From positions 192,001 through 256,000 of the forward strand of contig JAZKFH010000013.1 of the NCBI GenBank assembly GCA_040386535.1: DNA of 64,000 nt, given 5' to 3'. The DNA is from Myxococcota bacterium (GTDB lineage Bacteria > Myxococcota_A > UBA796 > SXON01). Both the position numbers and the translations under genes were made by a program. This document shows, piece by piece, positions 58,675 to 64,000 of the stretch. The notes under the pieces are model-generated. The model saw only the letters and a program-made list of their open reading frames with translations, was not told the DNA's origin and searched no databases. The stretch's first letter is position 1. Every line of letters starts with the position of its first letter.

Positions 58675-60480
58675 ATGACGCGCCTGTTGATCCTCTCACT
58701 CTCTGTCCTCTGGATGGGTGCCTGTACCGAGCCGGGGGCTGCGGACGACAAGGAGGCTGAGGTGTCGGGGGCGCTGGAGTTCTGGCCCCCCGAAGCGGGC
58801 CGCGGCGTCACGTTCGACGCGCGGCTCACCGCCGGCTCGTCGTTGTTCTCGTTCGAGGGTGTCGATCTCGGCCTGGGGGCCGGCGTCGTCGTCAACAGCG
58901 TCACCGTGCTGGACGGGTGGAGCGCGACCGCCAACGTCACGGTCGATCCCGCCGCCGACCTGGGGCCGCGCACGGCCGAGGTCTCCACGGGGGAGGGGAC
59001 GTTCAGCCTCTCCGAGGCGCTCACCGTGGTGGACGACTCGTTCACCATCTCCCCCGAGCGTGCGCGCATCGGCGAGAGCATCGTCGTCGAGATCCTCGGG
59101 CAGAACACCGAGTGGTTGGGCGGCACCACGTGGGCGGCCTTCGGTGACGACATCGAGGTCACCGCGGTCGACGTGTTGTCGGAGACCTACGCCATCGCCA
59201 GCGTGACCGTCGGCCCCGACGCGGTGCCCGGCCTGCGGGACGTGTCGATGGAGGTCGGGCCCGAGCTCACGACGCTCTACGGCGGCTTCCAGGTCGACCG
59301 CGTCGCGCTCTCGGCCCTGTTCGACCCCGTCAGCGCCGCCCAGGGCGAGACCGTCGAGTTCACCATCCGCGGCGCCGGCACCCACTTCAGCGCCGACTCC
59401 GAGCTCACCTTCTGGAAGAACGGCAGCGAGAACGGCGACGTCGTGGTCGACAGCCTGAGCGTCATCGACGCCGAGAACCTCTGGGGCCGGATGACCGTGT
59501 CCAACGCGGCGGAGATCGGCTTCCGCGACGCGATGGTCACCACGGACGACGAGGGTGTCTTCATGGAGGACGCGTTCCAGGTCACCGACGGCGACATCAA
59601 CCTCGAAGACGTAGGCATCTCCCTGTCGTTCAACGTCGTGCGCGGCATCGACAACACCACCGGCGCGATCTCCGAGCAGGTGCGCGGCCAGGCGATCTTC
59701 TACATCCCGCTCGATCCGTCCTGCCCGAACAGCCCCGAGGCCTACGCGTGCTCCGACACCGAGGACAACGACGGGGACGGCTTCATCGACTGTTACGACA
59801 ACGACTGCTCGAGTGACCCCGCCTGCGCCTCCGGCCCCCAGCCGTACGACGCGAACGGCGTCTACCAGACCTACACCACCGGCGGCACCTCCGACTGTCC
59901 GAACCCGATCACGCTCGGCGCGGGTGACTTCGTGTGGTTCGAGTCCGACTGCAACGTGGTGCAGCTCGAGAAGTTCATCGACGGCGCGTCGGGCATGATC
60001 TACTACACGGCCGATCTGACGCTGGACGACTACTGCTTCGACCAGATGTACGACCTGCACACCCAGGGCGAGGACGGCGGCATCGGCGAGTACGTGATCG
60101 AGGACGTGCAACCCACGGTCCCGGCCGACTTCGCCATGATCGACCCGGGCTGGTGGGGCAACTTCACGCACAACCGCGCGGAGGATCTCACGTACACGTG
60201 GACGCCCGCCCAGACCTACCCGGACGCGTTCTTCGTCACCCAGATCTCCGGCACCCTCGTGGCGACCGGCGAGAGCGGCTTCGTCGGCTCGATCCCCTGG
60301 GACGACGGCGAGCACACCTACACCGCCGACGAGCTCTCCCAGCTCGAGGTGGGCAGCGCCACGTTCGTGGCCCAGAGCGTCATCCCCGAGGGGCCGGAGT
60401 TCGGCTTCCCGTTCAGCACGATCCAGAACAACAAGAGCAGCACGTACGTGTACGTGCAGGGCTACCTGGTGCTCGAATGA
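58675..60480 (+). CDS. Lipoprotein with three tandem Ig/IPT-like domains and a DNDGDG..DC calcium-type motif
   Basis: Lipobox MGAC; three repeats P...G....I.G..T.F...V..V..L...A.V.V..DA..G.RD. Confidence 0.82.
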   Translation: MTRLLILSLSVLWMGACTEPGAADDKEAEVSGALEFWPPEAGRGVTFDARLTAGSSLFSFEGVDLGLGAGVVVNSVTVLDGWSATANVTVDPAADLGPRTAEVSTGEGTFSLSEALTVVDDSFTISPERARIGESIVVEILGQNTEWLGGTTWAAFGDDIEVTAVDVLSETYAIASVTVGPDAVPGLRDVSMEVGPELTTLYGGFQVDRVALSALFDPVSAAQGETVEFTIRGAGTHFSADSELTFWKNGSENGDVVVDSLSVIDAENLWGRMTVSNAAEIGFRDAMVTTDDEGVFMEDAFQVTDGDINLEDVGISLSFNVVRGIDNTTGAISEQVRGQAIFYIPLDPSCPNSPEAYACSDTEDNDGDGFIDCYDNDCSSDPACASGPQPYDANGVYQTYTTGGTSDCPNPITLGAGDFVWFESDCNVVQLEKFIDGASGMIYYTADLTLDDYCFDQMYDLHTQGEDGGIGEYVIEDVQPTVPADFAMIDPGWWGNFTHNRAEDLTYTWTPAQTYPDAFFVTQISGTLVATGESGFVGSIPWDDGEHTYTADELSQLEVGSATFVAQSVIPEGPEFGFPFSTIQNNKSSTYVYVQGYLVLE

Positions 60481-61358
60481 TGCTGTTGGTCCTCCTCGGC
60501 TGCGTGGAGCAGGGCTTCTCCGGCGTGAAGCTCGACGCGATCGCGGTCGTGCTCGGTGACTTCGACAACGTCGGCGACTCGTTGACCGCGCTCGAGATCG
60601 CGACCGAGACGTACAACGGGCTCATCGTCCAGGCGACCTACGAGCCGGACGACGAGCGCACCCAGTGGGACGACGGGGGGCCCACGGTCGAGGGCCTGTT
60701 CACCAACAGCGACGAGAAGGGCAAGCTCGAGGTGTCCCTCTTCAACGCGGTGTTCGTGAACTCGGGCACGCGCGGGCTCGGGGCGTCCCGCTACAACAAC
60801 CAGCTCGTCGCCGACAACTCGCTGCTGCTCGACATCGAGGCGATGGACCACGCGTGCAACTTCGCCACCAGCGGCGGCACGCTCGTCGTGAGCGACTGGG
60901 CGTACGACATGGTGGAGTACTGCTGGCCGGACGCGATCGAGTTCTTCGGGGACGATCTCGTGCCCGACGCCGGCCAGGTCGGCATGCCGGACGACATCCT
61001 CGCCGACGTGAAGGACGAGAAGCTGGTCGAGGCGATGGGCGCGTCGCTCAACGTCGCCTACGACTACACGGCGTGGTCCGTGATCGAGAGCGTCGGCGCC
61101 GAGACCGAGGTGCTCCTGTCGGGCACGATCGAGTACCAGCCCTCGGCGGACGAGCTCCCCGTATCGCTCCCCAATGCCCCGCTGATGGTCCGCTTCACGG
61201 CCGGCCGCGGGACGGTCGTCTACACCACGTTCCACTGGTCGGCCCAGCCGCCGCAGGTCACCGAGACCCTCCTGTTGGAGGCTGTCGACGGCCTCAGCAG
61301 GGGCTCCGGTGACAGCGACGAGCAAGACGCCGACACCACGGAGGCCACCGGTGCGTAG
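60477..61358 (+). CDS. Lipoprotein, class I glutamine-amidotransferase-like alpha/beta fold (putative)
   Basis: MMLLVLLGC; IAVV.GDFD; GGTLVVSDWAY; G.G.V.YTTFH. Confidence 0.72.
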   Translation: MMLLVLLGCVEQGFSGVKLDAIAVVLGDFDNVGDSLTALEIATETYNGLIVQATYEPDDERTQWDDGGPTVEGLFTNSDEKGKLEVSLFNAVFVNSGTRGLGASRYNNQLVADNSLLLDIEAMDHACNFATSGGTLVVSDWAYDMVEYCWPDAIEFFGDDLVPDAGQVGMPDDILADVKDEKLVEAMGASLNVAYDYTAWSVIESVGAETEVLLSGTIEYQPSADELPVSLPNAPLMVRFTAGRGTVVYTTFHWSAQPPQVTETLLLEAVDGLSRGSGDSDEQDADTTEATGA

Positions 61359-62844
61359 CGCGTTGATCCTGCTCCTTCTGCCGGCGTTGGCGGCGGGCTG
61401 CTCGGACTACGAGTACTCCCAGCCCACGCACGAAGACGTGTTCATCCAGAACCAGCTGAACACGGTCGATCTGTTGCTGGTCGTCGACAACAGCTGCTCC
61501 ATGGTCGAGGAGCAGGCCAAGCTGGCCGGCAACTTCGACAGCTTCATCGCCTACTTCGACGAGGCCGAGGTCGATTGGCAGCTCGGCGTCATCACGACCG
61601 ACGTCGACCAGGACAAGTTCTCCGGGCACCTCATCGGCGGAGACGACGAGATCGTCCTGGCCGACGGGACCGGGCGCGAGATCGATCGCGTCGAGTACGA
61701 CCGCGACTGGCCGGTGGGGCCAGGCGTCGTGTTCTCGCTCGATCCATCCTACTTCGCCTCGACCAGCAACGACTCCGCGTCCAAGTGGTGCATCGACCAG
61801 GCGGCCACCCCCGGCGCGGCCAACCCGGGATGTGGCGGGACGGGCCCCGGCGCGGATCCCTCGCGCGGCGCGGTCGTCATCACCGAGTTCGCCCCCGATC
61901 CCGACGGCGTCACCGACGCCTCCGGCGAGTGGGTGGAGCTCACCAACATCAGCGACACGACCGTCGATCTCACGGGGTACACCCTGCTGGATGACGGTCG
62001 CAACGCCTACGCGTTCCCCGACGGCACGCTGCTCCCCGCGGGCGACGCGATCGTGCTCGCGCGCACGCTCGACGTCGAGGGCGCCGACCTCGCCGTGGGT
62101 GTCGACTTCACGCTCAACAACCACGATCTGTTCCTGACGAACGAGACCGAGGAGCCCGAGGAGATCTTCGCGGAGATCGTCGCCCAGGGCATCAGCGGCT
62201 CGGGCATCGAGATGGGGCTCGAGGCCGTGCGCCTCGCCGTCTCCCCTCCGCTCCTGTCCGCGGCGGCCGACGGCACCGGCGCCAACGACGGCTTCATTCG
62301 CCCCGAGGCCAACTTCTCCGTGCTCATCGTGTCGGACGAGGAGGACTCCTCGCCGCTCCCGGTGAACGACTACCTCTCGTTGTACGCCGACCTGAAGGGG
62401 GATGACGCGTATCGGGATCACACCCGCATGAACGTCTCGGCCGTGATTGGGGACCGCGCGCCGGAGTTCGATGGCGAGCCGAGCTGCAGCTCGTCGAACG
62501 GGAACGCCGACTGGGGCCGCCGCTACCTGCGCGCCGTCGAGGAGACCGCGGGCCTGGTGGACTCGATCTGTGACGACGACTTCTCGCCCATCGTGAACGA
62601 GCTCGGGCTGACCTTGTCAGGTCTCCAGGCCGACTTCGCGCTGTCCGGGATGCCGCGCCTCGACTCGCTCAAGGTGTCCATCTACGCCGACGCCGACGAG
62701 TCCAGCAAGCTCGCCGATCTGACGATCGACGTGGAGTACACGTACATCGCAGAGGGCAACCTCATCCGGTTCGAGCGCGACCAGGTCCCCGAGAGCCAGC
62801 AGTACATCCTCGTGGAGTACCAGGTCCAGAGCGGGAGCAATTGA
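61351..62844 (+). CDS. vWA-domain lipoprotein with inserted lamin-tail domain (CglB-like vWA family)
   Basis: Lipobox AAGC; DLLLVVDNSCSM.EEQ MIDAS; GVITTD; E.GLEA; VSDEED; LTD motifs ITEF.PDP...GEWVELTN. Confidence 0.85.
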   Translation: MRSALILLLLPALAAGCSDYEYSQPTHEDVFIQNQLNTVDLLLVVDNSCSMVEEQAKLAGNFDSFIAYFDEAEVDWQLGVITTDVDQDKFSGHLIGGDDEIVLADGTGREIDRVEYDRDWPVGPGVVFSLDPSYFASTSNDSASKWCIDQAATPGAANPGCGGTGPGADPSRGAVVITEFAPDPDGVTDASGEWVELTNISDTTVDLTGYTLLDDGRNAYAFPDGTLLPAGDAIVLARTLDVEGADLAVGVDFTLNNHDLFLTNETEEPEEIFAEIVAQGISGSGIEMGLEAVRLAVSPPLLSAAADGTGANDGFIRPEANFSVLIVSDEEDSSPLPVNDYLSLYADLKGDDAYRDHTRMNVSAVIGDRAPEFDGEPSCSSSNGNADWGRRYLRAVEETAGLVDSICDDDFSPIVNELGLTLSGLQADFALSGMPRLDSLKVSIYADADESSKLADLTIDVEYTYIAEGNLIRFERDQVPESQQYILVEYQVQSGSN

Positions 62845-63371
62845 TGGTGTGGTTGTTGATGATGCTCCTCGGCTGTCCCAGCGAGGAGGCAGAGTGTTCG
62901 GAGGACGTTGCCTGCCCGTTCGGCTCGGTCTGCGAGGCCGGCGTCTGCGAGGCCCAGAGCTGCGCCACGTCGATGCAGTGCGGCATCGAGCAGTACTGCA
63001 GCGACAGCACGTGTGTGGACGGCTGCGAGACCGACGACGACTGCCGCTTCGGGGACCTCTGTGACGAGGAGACCTCCGAGTGCGCCGCCGCTGAGTGTGT
63101 CGACACCCGGCTGGACTGCGGCTTCGGCGAGTTCTGCAACCCGGGCGGCGAGTGCTACCAGGCCGGCGGCTACTTCTGCGCCGCCTGCGAAGACGACGGG
63201 GACTGCGGCGGCAACGGCAACATGTGCCTCAACGGCGGCTACTGCGGCGTGACTTGCGACGGCGACAGCGACTGTCCCGGCGGCTACGACTGCCTGCCGG
63301 TGGCAGACTTCAACGGCAACGTCGTGTCGAACCAATGCTTCACGTACTGCTGGCTCTACGAGGAGGATTGA
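62844..63371 (+). CDS. Cys-rich repeat lipoprotein
   Basis: MVWLLMMLLGC; repeated C..D.DC..G..C units. Confidence 0.85.
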   Translation: MVWLLMMLLGCPSEEAECSEDVACPFGSVCEAGVCEAQSCATSMQCGIEQYCSDSTCVDGCETDDDCRFGDLCDEETSECAAAECVDTRLDCGFGEFCNPGGECYQAGGYFCAACEDDGDCGGNGNMCLNGGYCGVTCDGDSDCPGGYDCLPVADFNGNVVSNQCFTYCWLYEED

Positions 63372-64000
63372 TGCGGTACGGGTTCCTGGTGCTCCTTGTG
63401 GGCTGCACGGGGGAGGACCCCAAGGAGACGGGCGTCCCGCTCGCGGGGCCCGAGCTCGTCCACGTCGAGCCGCCGGGCGTCCTCGAGGGCACGGCCACCA
63501 CCATCGACGTGACCGCGACCGACGCGGACGGGGTGGCCTCGGTCACGCTGTTCCACCGGGTCGAGGGCGAGACCACCTGGGTGCAGGCCCCGATGACCCC
63601 CGGGGAGGATGACGTCTGGACCACGACGCTCGAGTCCACCGACATCGACTCGCCGGCCGTCGAATACTACTTCAAGGCGTCGGACGCGGGGGATGCCCCG
63701 GCGATCGCCTATCTCCCCGCCGATGCCGCGTCCGAACCCTACTCGCTCCTGGTGTCGGTCGTCGGCACGCCGCTCCCCTACGTGCAGGGGTTCGAGTACG
63801 ACGACACCGCGACCACCATCAACGACCTCGGGTGGGCCAACGCGAGCCTCGGCTTCCGCGGCTACGGCTGGGCGTCGAGCGCGACCGAGGCGTACGCGGG
63901 CACGCAGTCCGTCTTCCACTCGCGCGGCTACACCGGCATCGACGAGATGGAGGACTGGCTCATCTCGCCGGCGCTCGACTTCAGCGCGGTCCCCGACGCC
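63371..64000 (+). CDS. Lipoprotein with Ig-like and cleaved-adhesin/MAM-like domain (runs off the window)
   Basis: TGATG-coupled; MRYGFLVLLVGC; TATDADGVASVTL..R; PY.QGFE; DWLISPALD. Confidence 0.8.
   Translation, partial: MRYGFLVLLVGCTGEDPKETGVPLAGPELVHVEPPGVLEGTATTIDVTATDADGVASVTLFHRVEGETTWVQAPMTPGEDDVWTTTLESTDIDSPAVEYYFKASDAGDAPAIAYLPADAASEPYSLLVSVVGTPLPYVQGFEYDDTATTINDLGWANASLGFRGYGWASSATEAYAGTQSVFHSRGYTGIDEMEDWLISPALDFSAVPDA

Overview
Very GC-rich, densely coding bacterial DNA, most consistent with a Myxococcota/deltaproteobacterial lineage (MYXO-CTERM-like tails, DT-repeat linkers, Cys-rich lipoproteins, PilZ). I see no rRNA, tRNA, CRISPR array or mobile element. The first ~41 kb is an envelope/glycan-modification region. 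It holds seven polytopic GT-C-like membrane proteins (four are paralogues), two GT-B glycosyltransferases, three radical SAM/SPASM proteins (one fused to a GT4 domain, one with a degenerate second rSAM domain), an SGNH hydrolase, an HTTM pair and SxtJ/SxtK-like small proteins. These are interleaved with MYXO-CTERM surface proteins, lipoproteins, a beta-barrel gene, dapA-dapB, a flavin monooxygenase and a PilZ/pseudokinase pair. At 41-44.4 kb lie RNase HI, a three-lipoprotein copper-monooxygenase/atypical cytochrome c cassette and an archaeal/eukaryotic-type RNase HII. A complete nuoA-N operon spans 44.5-58.6 kb, and an operon of five surface lipoproteins runs from 58.7 kb to the end. Cross-window patterns: a TAnnnT hexamer 6-7 nt before many start codons (leaderless mRNA signature), very short uncharged lipoprotein signal peptides (e.g. 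MMLLLLLAC), and probable CTG starts. All family calls come from motif recognition by eye, not database searches.
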